A stretch of 64,000 bases of DNA, taken from NCBI GenBank assembly GCA_965223705.1, contig OZ245015.1:960001-1024000 (forward strand). The letters run 5' to 3'. The number at the start of each line of letters is the position of its first letter. Positions within the stretch are counted from its first letter, which is position 1. The stretch comes from Myxococcota bacterium. Its GTDB lineage: Bacteria; Myxococcota_A; UBA9160; UBA6930. Under the pieces are notes generated by a model. The model made no database searches and was not told where the DNA came from. It saw only the letters and a list, made by a program, of their open reading frames with translations. Shown one piece after another: positions 18,010 through 26,875 of the stretch. The position numbers were made by a program, and so were the translations under genes.

Positions 18010-18988
18010 GGATGCGCTGCACCAAGACGGCGTAGTCGATACCCGCGTGGGCTGCGGAGAGTGCGAAATCTTCGTCGAGGCTGATGTCGGGGGTGGCGTT
18101 GACTTCGATCACATAGACGCGGCCATCGGGCGTCAAGCGGAGATCCGCCCGCGCGTACCCAGACAATCCGAACGCGCGGTACAGCCGGCGCGCCGTCGTC
18201 GCGATCCGCCGAGCGAGCTCGGGGGTCAAGTTCGCGGGGCCGGTATCGATACCCAATTTTTTCTGATAGGCGAGGTCCCACTTGACCTTCTCTGTCGCAA
18301 TGGGTTCGTTGCTCTTGGGAAGGTTTCGGAAAGACAGCTCCCACGGTGGCAATACGGTGAGGCGCCGGTTTCCGAGAACGCTCACGGTGAGCTCGCGCCC
18401 TTCGACGTACTCCTCGGCGATCGCGTCCCCGATGTTCTCGTGGACGAAGGCGACGCGCTCTTCGAGCTTCGACGGGCTCCTCACGATGGAAGCCTGGGAG
18501 ATGCCGAGGGACGCTTCCTCCTCGAGCGACTTCACGATCAAGGGGAACGACAGTTCCTTCGAGACCCGCACGCGCCGGTCGCGGCGGAACACGGCGAACC
18601 GCGGAGTGGGAATGCGATGAAAGCGAAGAATCTTCTTCGATGTCGCTTTGTCGCGCGTCAGCAAGATTCCTTTCGGGTTGCATCCGGTGTACGCGACGTG
18701 GAGGAGCTCGAGATAGCTGGTGACGTGCACCTGGTACGTCCCGACATCTTGGAACTCCATCAACAGATTGAAGATCGCGTGGGGTTTCCAATCCTCGACC
18801 ATTCGGCGGATCGGCATCAGATCGTCGGATACGCCGAGGAAACGGACGTCGTGCCCGAGTTCACCCAGCGCCTGCCACATATCGTATTCGCGCTTGCAGT
18901 GTTGCCTTTCGGCGGCCTTCAGTGAGAGGAAGTTCTCGGGCGGAACCAGTTCTTCGTGGGTCAAGATTGCGACCCGCATCGCTTTCAT
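17960..18988 (-). CDS. D-Ala-D-Ala ligase-like ATP-grasp protein
   Basis: FPLIVKS, ASLGI, EEYVEGRE, YARADLR, IEVNATP. Confidence 0.85.
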   Translation of the reverse strand: MKAMRVAILTHEELVPPENFLSLKAAERQHCKREYDMWQALGELGHDVRFLGVSDDLMPIRRMVEDWKPHAIFNLLMEFQDVGTYQVHVTSYLELLHVAYTGCNPKGILLTRDKATSKKILRFHRIPTPRFAVFRRDRRVRVSKELSFPLIVKSLEEEASLGISQASIVRSPSKLEERVAFVHENIGDAIAEEYVEGRELTVSVLGNRRLTVLPPWELSFRNLPKSNEPIATEKVKWDLAYQKKLGIDTGPANLTPELARRIATTARRLYRAFGLSGYARADLRLTPDGRVYVIEVNATPDISLDEDFALSAAHAGIDYAVLVQRILNLARRYQPDWKRASP

Positions 18989-20022
18989 CGCTGGTACTCG
19001 ACGTGCCGACGCCGAACGAGTCGTACGGCGTGGGTGGTGAGCAGAATCGCAGCGCCCTCGCCGGTCTCCCGCTCCGACAACGTCGTGCGCAACCCGAGGC
19101 GCCGGCAGCGTCGGATCATGTCGCCGAGCACGCGATCGATCACGTATGGATGCTGGCCCGTCCATTTTGCGACGGATTCTCGGAGCTCTCGGCGCCGCCG
19201 CGTGAGAAAGCTCGCCGCCGTCGCCGCAGGGCCCTCTGAGGCCTCGGCGCTGAACAGGCGCAGGAGGTCCCGGTCGTAGACCGAGCGATCCTCTTCGCCG
19301 TACACCGCCTTCTTGCGCGCGTAGTACTGGCGCAGCGTCATGCGCAAGGACGCGACGGAATCCGTTCGTTCGCGCGAGCGCACAACGGGCGGCTGATCTC
19401 TGATCTCATCCATGAGTTCTTCGACGAACTCGAGCTTACCGAGCGCTTCCCAGTCCGCGTATCGCCTTCGCCAACTCGACCGCGGCGTCATCCAAACCGC
19501 GAAGGTTTCGGCGAAATCCTCGAGCGGGTGACTTTGCGCGTACCAATTGTCGAGATGAACGACGAAGCGTCGGCTCGCGGGGCGCGGGACGTAGGACCGA
19601 CGGTACGGGGTACTCGCCGCCCCGAACTGCTCCCTCCAGGCTTTGCGGCGGCGCAATCGGTAGGCCGTATCGAGCGCATGACCCGTCTCGTGCCGCATCA
19701 GCTTCATGCACCAGGACTTGGTCCCGCCCTCCACCTCGAGCATCTGGTCATCTTCGAGCTTTCGGAGACGGGGGTGTGCCAGATAGAAGGGGATGGCGAA
19801 ACCGGGAACCCCATAGGGCGAAAACCAGTCCGTGGAGATCCAGACGTGGGGGCGAAAGCGCAGACCCGCCGCCTTGAGCTCGCTGTAGAGAAGCTCCACC
19901 CGAGAAGCCAAGGGCGTCGACTCGATCGACAGGCCGAGATCGCAGAGCCTGAGATCGAGCAGCTCCTCTTTCGGCAGGCGGCTCCATTCGGCGGTGTTTC
20001 GGACATCACTCCGACGCGACAC
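18985..20022 (-). CDS. putative zinc-binding metallopeptidase (zincin)
   Basis: HETGH, YAQSHPLEDFAETF; stop overlaps the ATP-grasp start; start approximate. Confidence 0.8.
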   Translation of the reverse strand: MSRRSDVRNTAEWSRLPKEELLDLRLCDLGLSIESTPLASRVELLYSELKAAGLRFRPHVWISTDWFSPYGVPGFAIPFYLAHPRLRKLEDDQMLEVEGGTKSWCMKLMRHETGHALDTAYRLRRRKAWREQFGAASTPYRRSYVPRPASRRFVVHLDNWYAQSHPLEDFAETFAVWMTPRSSWRRRYADWEALGKLEFVEELMDEIRDQPPVVRSRERTDSVASLRMTLRQYYARKKAVYGEEDRSVYDRDLLRLFSAEASEGPAATAASFLTRRRRELRESVAKWTGQHPYVIDRVLGDMIRRCRRLGLRTTLSERETGEGAAILLTTHAVRLVRRRHVEYQR

Positions 20023-20202
20023 AAGCGAGGACCCTAACGGATTACCGATCGGCGCGCGCGACGAGCGGGGTGGCGGCACCTCGCCGCGAATTGAATTCGG
20101 CCGCAAGAAGCGGATACCCCCGCTGCTCCCTCGCAACTAGCGTTCTTGATGGATCTACGGGAACGAGTCGCGGAAGCCATACGGTGAGGGAGGGACGCAT
20201 CG

Positions 20203-20967
20203 ATGAGTACCCTGAACGGAAAGGTCGCCATCGTCGCCGGCGCCAGCGTCGGGATCGGCGCAGCGACGGCCGAGCTGTTCGCTGCGGAAGGGGCGCGGGT
20301 CGTTCTCGGAGCGCGCCGGTCGGAGGAACTCGACGCGTTGGTCGATCGGATCAGCACTGCGGGCGGGCATGCAACCGCACTCGCCGGGGACGTCACGGAC
20401 GAGTCGTACGCCCGCGCACTCGTCGAGTTGGCCTGTGAGCGGTTCGGAAGGCTCGACATCGCCATCAACAACGCCGGATCGCTGGGGAAGATGGGACCCA
20501 CGCCGGAGCTGCAACTCGCTGACTGGCACCATGTCGTCGACACGAATCTCACCAGCGCCTTCTTGGGCGCGAAGTACCAGCTCCCCGCAATGCTCGACGC
20601 AGGCGGGGGATCGCTCATCTTCACGGGAACATTCGTGGGGCATACTGTCGGTTTCCCCGGAGTGGCCGGATACGCGGCCAGCAAGTCCGGTCTGATCGGA
20701 CTGACTCAGGCGCTCGCCGTCGAGTTCGCTGAGCGGGGCGTGCGCGTCAACGTCATTCTTCCCGGTGCCACGGATACGGCGATGTATCGGGAAATGAACG
20801 ACACGCCCGAGTCGCGCGAGTTCATTACCAGCCTCTACCCGATGCGTCGGGTCGCAAGCCCCACCGAGATCGCGAAGTCGATGCTCTACCTTGCGTCCGA
20901 CGCGTCGAGCTTCACCACGGGCAGTGCGATGCGGGTCGAAGGGGGGGTCTCGATCAACCGCACCTGA
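20203..20967 (+). CDS. SDR family oxidoreductase
   Basis: GASVGIG, NNAG, YAASK, PG.TDT. Confidence 0.9.
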   Translation: MSTLNGKVAIVAGASVGIGAATAELFAAEGARVVLGARRSEELDALVDRISTAGGHATALAGDVTDESYARALVELACERFGRLDIAINNAGSLGKMGPTPELQLADWHHVVDTNLTSAFLGAKYQLPAMLDAGGGSLIFTGTFVGHTVGFPGVAGYAASKSGLIGLTQALAVEFAERGVRVNVILPGATDTAMYREMNDTPESREFITSLYPMRRVASPTEIAKSMLYLASDASSFTTGSAMRVEGGVSINRT

Positions 20968-21085
20968 GGAGGGCGACGTTCCCTGGGCTCAGCATCCCTG
21001 GGCCGGATGCAGCGATACGGGTCGATGGGTGCCTGCTTCTTGAGCAACGCTTCGGGCAGAAGGCCTCTGGCTGTCGCCTACGCAC

Positions 21086-21101
21086 GGGCACGGGACGTGC
21101 A
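21086..21101 (+). promoter_or_regulatory. putative sigma54 -24/-12 promoter
   Basis: GGGCACGGGACGTGCA with exact GG-N10-GC spacing, about 45 bp before the phaC2 ATG. Confidence 0.5.
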
Positions 21102-21146
21102 TGGAGTTTTTCCGGGCACCACCGCGATGCCTCGAGGAAGAACAGA

Positions 21147-22100
21147 ATGCCTTCAGACGGCCCGATCCCGAGAGCTGTCGTTCACACCGACGGGACGCTC
21201 AAGCTCTACCATCTTCTCCCCGTCCTCGACGAGATCTACCGGGTGCCGGTCCTTCTCGTCATGCCCATCCTCGGACGGATCAGCGCCCTCGACCTGCTGA
21301 AGAACCAGAGCCTGGCCGAACATCTGGTCCGAAACGGTTTCGACGTCTACGTCATCAATTGGGGGATTCCACGGGACGAGGATCACGACCTCGGTCTCGA
21401 AGACTACGTCCTGAAGAAGATCCCCGACTGTGTCGCGCAGGTCGCCGAGCATTCCGAGATCGCCGAAGTCTCGATCATGGCTTATTGCCTCGGTGGGACC
21501 TTCGCCTGCATGTACGCGGCCCTCCATCCGAAAGGCCCGCTTCGGAATCTCGTGTGCTTCACCACCCCCGTAGACTCCGAAGGCCTCACGCTGTTCCGCG
21601 ACTGGAAGGACGGCTCTCTCGATATCGACGAGATCGTCGGAGAGTCCGCAAACATCCCACCGGAGCTGATCGCGTCTTCGCTCCGGGAGATGAAGTTCGA
21701 CCGCCCCGACGGGGGCGACCGCTGGGACGAGGATGAATTCCTCCGGCTATGCGCTCGGTTCGAACGCTGGTCCCTCGATCAGATCCCTGTGGCGGGAAGG
21801 GTCGCACGCCAGCTCACGCAGGAGTTCCTGCGCGGGAACAAGCTCGCAAAGGGGACGCTCAGGATCGCCGGCCGTCGTGTGGAGCTCGAGAAAATCCGAA
21901 TCCCATTGCTCCACATCAGCGCGGAGTACGACCGTATTGTCCCGAGCGCAGCCTCTCGAGAGCTCGTGCTTCGAGCTGCCAGCCGTGACAAGACCGAGCT
22001 GGTGATCAAGAGCGGGCACGTCGATCTGTTCGCGGGGGGCAACGCGGTCTACCGACTGTGGCCGAAGGTCGAAGCGTGGTTGGCATCGCGCTCGGTCTAG
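21147..22100 (+). CDS. phaC: second class III-type PHA synthase-like protein (short N-terminus)
   Basis: Paralog of 2124..3215: LKLYH, AYCLGG, YDRIVP, SGHVDL, YRLWP. Confidence 0.75.
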   Translation: MPSDGPIPRAVVHTDGTLKLYHLLPVLDEIYRVPVLLVMPILGRISALDLLKNQSLAEHLVRNGFDVYVINWGIPRDEDHDLGLEDYVLKKIPDCVAQVAEHSEIAEVSIMAYCLGGTFACMYAALHPKGPLRNLVCFTTPVDSEGLTLFRDWKDGSLDIDEIVGESANIPPELIASSLREMKFDRPDGGDRWDEDEFLRLCARFERWSLDQIPVAGRVARQLTQEFLRGNKLAKGTLRIAGRRVELEKIRIPLLHISAEYDRIVPSAASRELVLRAASRDKTELVIKSGHVDLFAGGNAVYRLWPKVEAWLASRSV

Positions 22101-22177
22101 CTTCGCTACGCGCGCCGCCTTCCTGACTCTGCTCCTACGTGCTAGGTCGCTAGCACCTACCTCGGGCTGACCGCCTC

Positions 22178-22186
22178 TGCTATACT
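22178..22186 (+). promoter_or_regulatory. extended -10 promoter candidate
   Basis: TGcTATACT about 190 bp upstream of the RRM gene. Confidence 0.45.
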
Positions 22187-22379
22187 TTTGCGTGAGAGGA
22201 CCTTCGATCGGTTCGCAAGTCCGGCCCTTGTGGTCAACCTCCGTATCCAGTTGAAACAACCCCTTTCGCACTCCGGAACCCGGAGTTATCAGGGCCTCGC
22301 TCGCTCAGGACGGACAATCTGTCCGAGTAGCGAAGTTGAATTTGGCATCCATGAACTTGGAATGCCGCAAGGATCAATT

Positions 22380-22634
22380 TTGAGTAAGAAACTTTATGTT
22401 GGGAATCTTCCGTTTTCTTCCACCGAGCAGGATATCCGTCAGCTATTCGAGCAGCACGGAAGTGTCGACTCGGTGAACGTGATCACGGACCGAGAAACTG
22501 GGCGGCCTCGAGGCTTCGCGTTCGTCGAGCTGAGCGAGGCGAGCGCGGCCGACAACGCGATTCGGACGCTGGACGGTTCTCAGCTCGGTGGCAGGAGCCT
22601 TCGAGTGAACGAAGCCCAAGAACGCGGTCGTTAG
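22380..22634 (+). CDS. RRM RNA-binding protein
   Basis: RNP2 LYVGNL, RNP1 RGFAFVE; TTG start. Confidence 0.92.
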   Translation: MSKKLYVGNLPFSSTEQDIRQLFEQHGSVDSVNVITDRETGRPRGFAFVELSEASAADNAIRTLDGSQLGGRSLRVNEAQERGR

Positions 22635-22643
22635 GCGAAGCCG

Positions 22644-22680
22644 GAGCCCGGTACGAGCTTCGCGCTCGCCGGGCTCTTCC
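22644..22680 (+). terminator. hairpin after the RRM gene
   Basis: GAGCCCGG..CGAGC-loop-GCTCG-CCGGGCTC, weak U tail. Confidence 0.45.
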
Positions 22681-22695
22681 TGCCCGGGAGGTACC

Positions 22696-23163
22696 ATGGA
22701 TCGCATCAGAATCTTTGTCAGCTACGACCCGGAAAGCGATTCTGACCTACTCGATGTCATGCGAGCCCAGTCGGAACGCAGCGGTGCGATTTTTTCGATC
22801 GCCGGCCAATCGAATCCATCGGAGATGACCGAGACTTGGTCGAACAAGCTACGCGAAGAACTCGCAGCGACGGACGAAGTCGTCGTCATCTGCGGTGAAA
22901 GCACGAAAGACTCGGAACGAGTTGCGACGGAGCTTTGCATCGCTCAGGAAGAGAACAAACCGTACTTGCTCATCTGGGGGCGACGTAGCGTGATGTGCAC
23001 GAAGCCCTCGAGCGCGACCAAGCTCGATGCCATGTACGGCTGGGCTCCAGAAACCTTCGGTGATCAGGTTGGAGATACTCTCCGACAATGGAAAGCCAAG
23101 GAAGACAAGACGGCCGCGCCTTCGGATTCTCGCGACGCGTTTCCTCGTCCACCGCAGCCCTAA
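22696..23163 (+). CDS. TIR-like domain protein (MTH538/DUF1863/ThsB-type)
   Basis: IFVSYD, VVVICG..T..S..V..E...A....KP pattern. Confidence 0.7.
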   Translation: MDRIRIFVSYDPESDSDLLDVMRAQSERSGAIFSIAGQSNPSEMTETWSNKLREELAATDEVVVICGESTKDSERVATELCIAQEENKPYLLIWGRRSVMCTKPSSATKLDAMYGWAPETFGDQVGDTLRQWKAKEDKTAAPSDSRDAFPRPPQP

Positions 23164-23236
23164 AGAAGGCGACTGACTCTAGCCTCGAAGCCGTTGCTCC
23201 GAGGCCGCCCGCCCGCCGTTCGGGTCGGATTCGGCC

Positions 23237-24328
23237 TTAACCGGTCGGCGGCAACACCCTGCGTTCAATGAGATCACGCAGCCAATGGCAGAAACTCTCT
23301 TGGGTATTCCAGACGCGAGAAAATCCCGCTTGCTTGACCTTAATGGAGCTAACAAATGTCGGCGGCGGAAGCTGGTCGGTGCCTGAAGCTAAACACATAT
23401 CCGCATAATAATGTGACTCGCCTAGTAGTTTGGGCAGGGGAATGTCCTGCAGCGCATGCTTTTCGACAATTTGCTGCCACACCGCCGCATGCTCGGGGAT
23501 GTACTCGGCCATCAGTAAGTTTTCATCCGGCCCCGTCTCGACGCCGAGCGTATCGGCAATCGCCGGCCACATGTCGCGAAATGAAAACACTTCACCGTTG
23601 GTAAGGTTGTAAGTTTCACCATTAGCCCGCGGCGTTTCGGTCGCCCAGCGCAATGCTTCGGCAACAAGCCGGACATCAACCGCTTCCCAAACCCAGTCGT
23701 TATGGTTTGGGAACGAAAACGGTAGGCCGAGCTCGCGACGTATCGCACCGTAAACCCCCAGCACCGGCGGAATGTTCATCACCACGCCGTGGTTGGGGCC
23801 GACGATAAGTTGCGGACGGAATATCGTGAATGCCAGATCGCCGGCCGCAGCAACCTCACGCAGGTAATCTTCCTGGCGCCAATAAAAATTGGGATGCTCC
23901 ACCCGCGGTTGGGATTCGCGCGCAGGTATCCGAATGGGCCCAACGGTCAGACCGTAGGCCTTTGTTCCTTGCAACAGTGAAATATGCTCAAGCTTGGCGC
24001 GTTCTCTCAACGGTTCCAGAACGTTTCGCAGCATTTGGTCATTCGTGTCGATCTGTTCTGGATCGGTCCAACCCTCAATTAGACCGGGCTTCTCGTAAAC
24101 CGCCGTGTAGATTAAGTGAGTCACCTCGTCGCAAGCATCGCTGACCACTTGTCGACAGGCATTTGCATCAATCAAATCGAGTGTCACATGTTCTACGGCG
24201 TGCCCGTCCAGTAACTCGGGGAAACGTCTTGACGCGGTGATGACTCGCCAACCGGCATTGGCAAATTCGATTGCAGCCGCAGTGCCAACTAATCCGCTCG
24301 CGCCTACAATCAATACTGTATTCGTCAT
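23237..24328 (-). CDS. SDR oxidoreductase, PRISE (progesterone 5-beta-reductase-like)
   Basis: GASGLVG, LQGTKAYG, PNFYWRQED; visibly lower GC. Confidence 0.85.
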   Translation of the reverse strand: MTNTVLIVGASGLVGTAAAIEFANAGWRVITASRRFPELLDGHAVEHVTLDLIDANACRQVVSDACDEVTHLIYTAVYEKPGLIEGWTDPEQIDTNDQMLRNVLEPLRERAKLEHISLLQGTKAYGLTVGPIRIPARESQPRVEHPNFYWRQEDYLREVAAAGDLAFTIFRPQLIVGPNHGVVMNIPPVLGVYGAIRRELGLPFSFPNHNDWVWEAVDVRLVAEALRWATETPRANGETYNLTNGEVFSFRDMWPAIADTLGVETGPDENLLMAEYIPEHAAVWQQIVEKHALQDIPLPKLLGESHYYADMCLASGTDQLPPPTFVSSIKVKQAGFSRVWNTQESFCHWLRDLIERRVLPPTG

Positions 24329-24435
24329 AATTCAAAGTACTCGTGAACTAGTTGTCGAGGGTTGATGCTCTCAGTATAGGCGTCAGCAACTTTGCGGCCT
24401 ATTAGACAGTCGTCATCCGTAGATTCTACGATGAG

Positions 24436-24864
24436 CTACGGCTCTCCGATCCCTTCCACCATGACGCCGTTCGAGGTCTTCGGGTGAGTCAGCCAGCGAG
24501 GGGTGTGCTGCCCAGAAATCGCTGGGCGCTCGATCACTTCAAGGCCCGACACGCGGAGCGCCTCCCCAGTCGTCGCGATATCGCCCACGTCGACGGCGAG
24601 GTGGTAGAACCCCTCCCCTGAACGCGCGAGACGCCGAGCCAACGCGTTGTCCATGTCGCTCTTGTCCATCGGTTCGATGAGTTCGATCGACATCTCGTCG
24701 GCGGTTCCTCCGACAGAGAGCATGGCGTTGCGGATGCCCTCGACTGGAATCTCCATCTCGTCGTACTTGATCAGGCCAAAGACCTCGGTCCAGAGCTTCG
24801 TTGCCGCCTCGAGATCGTCGACCACGATGCCGATATGTCGAATGCGCTTGATCATGTGGGTCAC
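24436..24864 (-). CDS. VOC family protein (methylmalonyl-CoA epimerase-like)
   Basis: HIGIVV, IELIEP, GEGFYHLA, HPK..NGVMVE. Confidence 0.8.
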   Translation of the reverse strand: MTHMIKRIRHIGIVVDDLEAATKLWTEVFGLIKYDEMEIPVEGIRNAMLSVGGTADEMSIELIEPMDKSDMDNALARRLARSGEGFYHLAVDVGDIATTGEALRVSGLEVIERPAISGQHTPRWLTHPKTSNGVMVEGIGEP

Positions 24865-25097
24865 CCTCGCTTCGGGCTAGCGCACGATCGCGTGAATGCA
24901 GCCGCGCTTTCAGCCCGCGGCCAGCCTATCACGCGAGGGTTCGAGAAGTGTCCGAAGGGAGCGAGGCGCGGGCAGCTAGCCGCCTGCCCCTGGCCGTCCG
25001 CCTTCGCAAAGAAAGAAGTGGTACGCTGCAGCCGTGGATGCCGATTTGTGGCAGAGAGCCGCTCGCATCGGTCCTAGCTTGTTCCGGAGGTGGACTC

Positions 25098-25541
25098 GTG
25101 GATAGAAAACCGCTTGTCGTAAAGCCGAGTTCGTATCGCGCCGCGCTCAATGTTATCGACACCGACGTTACGGTGCTTGCCGGGACGGCCGAGACCAATG
25201 GGCAGGAGTTCACGTTTCAGTCCGGAGACGAGGGGAAGGGGCCCCCGCCTCACAGCCATGACTGGGACGAAGCATTTTTCGTACTCAAAGGAAGCATCAA
25301 CGTTGTGTGTGGAGAAACCGAGGAAACATGTTGCCCCGGGACGCTGGTATTCGTTCCGGCCGGGACTGTTCACTCTTTTTCCTACGGCCCGGGCGGTGGA
25401 GAAATGATCGAGGTCGCCGGTGTGGGTAGCGGCGCTTCTCAGGTGTTTGCGGAGCTCGATGCTGCCGTCCCGCCGGGACCTCCGGACGTCGAGAAGATCG
25501 TCGGCGTGATGAAGAAGAACGGAGTCGCCGTACACATCTGA
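25098..25541 (+). CDS. cupin domain protein
   Basis: PPPHSHDWDEAFFVLKG, VPAGTVHSF; GTG after GGAGG. Confidence 0.85.
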   Translation: MDRKPLVVKPSSYRAALNVIDTDVTVLAGTAETNGQEFTFQSGDEGKGPPPHSHDWDEAFFVLKGSINVVCGETEETCCPGTLVFVPAGTVHSFSYGPGGGEMIEVAGVGSGASQVFAELDAAVPPGPPDVEKIVGVMKKNGVAVHI

Positions 25542-25559
25542 GCTGTCTCGGTCCGCCTC

Positions 25560-26075
25560 CGGGTCTCGGCTCCTTGGGCAATGAGGGTCCGTGTCGTCGA
25601 CCAGCACCGTCCCGAAGTCGTTTCCAAAGAACACCTCATTGTCGACCGACGCAGTGAGGAGGACCGTCTGCGGCATCGCGGCTCTTCTCTTGTTTGGATG
25701 CACGTACACGGTAGAGACCCCTAAGCCGGACCCTCGCGTGCGCATGGAGCGGGTGCTCGAACTCGAGCGCGACGGCCGATGGGGGCACTGCGAGGCGGAT
25801 CTGGTTCTCAACCGCCGCGGTCAGCGCCCTGCGAGAAAATCCTCGCTCTCAGCGCGAAGGCGCGCACCGAGTCCGGTTTCTGACGGAGCCGCGTCGAGCG
25901 GTGCCCAAGCCTCGAGCAGAGGCGCACCGTCGATCTCGACGGTCACGGCGGCTGGTTCGAGTTCGATCCGCTGAGCCACGTGGACTTCTAGCGGCTCGGT
26001 GAGTTCGGGGGTCCCGACGGCATGGGATCCGGTGGCAGCGAAAAGCGCGAGGATGGCGAGTGCAAAGCGTGTCAT
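25560..26075 (-). pseudogene. possible decayed secreted-protein gene
   Basis: RBS AGGAGG plus signal peptide ORF (26075..25821) stops after 84 aa; coding-like sequence continues in other frames; lower boundary approximate. Confidence 0.35.
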
Positions 26076-26242
26076 CGGGTGCGACCTCCTGGCTGAGGGG
26101 CGGGGGCCCCTCCGATGCGAAGAAGTCGCGCGGGATCCGGATTCGGATCACCCGATTTGGCAACCGTCGCCGGAATGGGAACCGAACTCGGCCGCAAGAA
26201 GCGGATGGCAGAACGGACCACCCAGTCTATACGAGACGCCAA

Positions 26243-26875
26243 TCAAGATGTGGGCGCGGGCGCTGCCCCCTGACTAGGCCGCTCTCGGCTTCGGGTTCGG
26301 CCCAGGCCCACCAGGCCGAGCATCAGCAGTGCCGCCGGGCCCGGCTCGGGCGTGAATGTCCAAACTCCGGGACTGTCAGCGACGTGGCCTCCGTCCGACG
26401 CAGGGAACAAGATGATGATCCCGTCCCTAAAGCTGACCGGTCGAATGACGCCGCTGTCGCGGGCGTTGAACGCGTCAAGGCTCGTCGTCACGGAGAGCAC
26501 CACGGTCGGAGGGCCCTCCTCCAGGGTTCGACCGGCACCAAAGTTCCATGCGGTGATCGCTCCGTCGGGGCTCGTGCTCACTGCCAGGAGCGGAGAGAAG
26601 TCAGCGTTCGCGGCACTCAGAGTTTCTCGGCCATCGCTTATCGCCCAGCCTAGGAGAGCGCTCACCGGAATCGGCTCGAAGGTGAGGTTCGCCGGAAGTG
26701 GGGTATCGAGCTCAAAGAACCCGGTGACGCGCATCGCCGTGTCGTAGGCCCCCGACACCTCGCTGAACGCGTTCCCGACGTACGTGTAGATCGCCAGCGC
26801 GTTCGTGGAACTGGTCACTAAGATCGGGAGGAACAAACCGAGTACAAGGAAAAGGCGACGAAGGGCGACGCTCAC
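26243..26875 (-). CDS. PEP-CTERM sorting domain protein
   Basis: Signal peptide; TPEPG + TM helix + basic tail. Confidence 0.8.
   Translation of the reverse strand: MSVALRRLFLVLGLFLPILVTSSTNALAIYTYVGNAFSEVSGAYDTAMRVTGFFELDTPLPANLTFEPIPVSALLGWAISDGRETLSAANADFSPLLAVSTSPDGAITAWNFGAGRTLEEGPPTVVLSVTTSLDAFNARDSGVIRPVSFRDGIIILFPASDGGHVADSPGVWTFTPEPGPAALLMLGLVGLGRTRSRERPSQGAAPAPTS

Noticed and set aside
17960..18988. Calling this ddl or vanA
   Set aside because: Lacks the N-terminal GG.S.E motif and any cell-wall or van context
20203..20967. SDR as PhaB because it lies next to phaC2
   Set aside because: Motifs fit a generic SDR; no PhaB-specific signature recognised
22696..23163. Complete Thoeris system
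   Set aside because: No ThsA effector in the window
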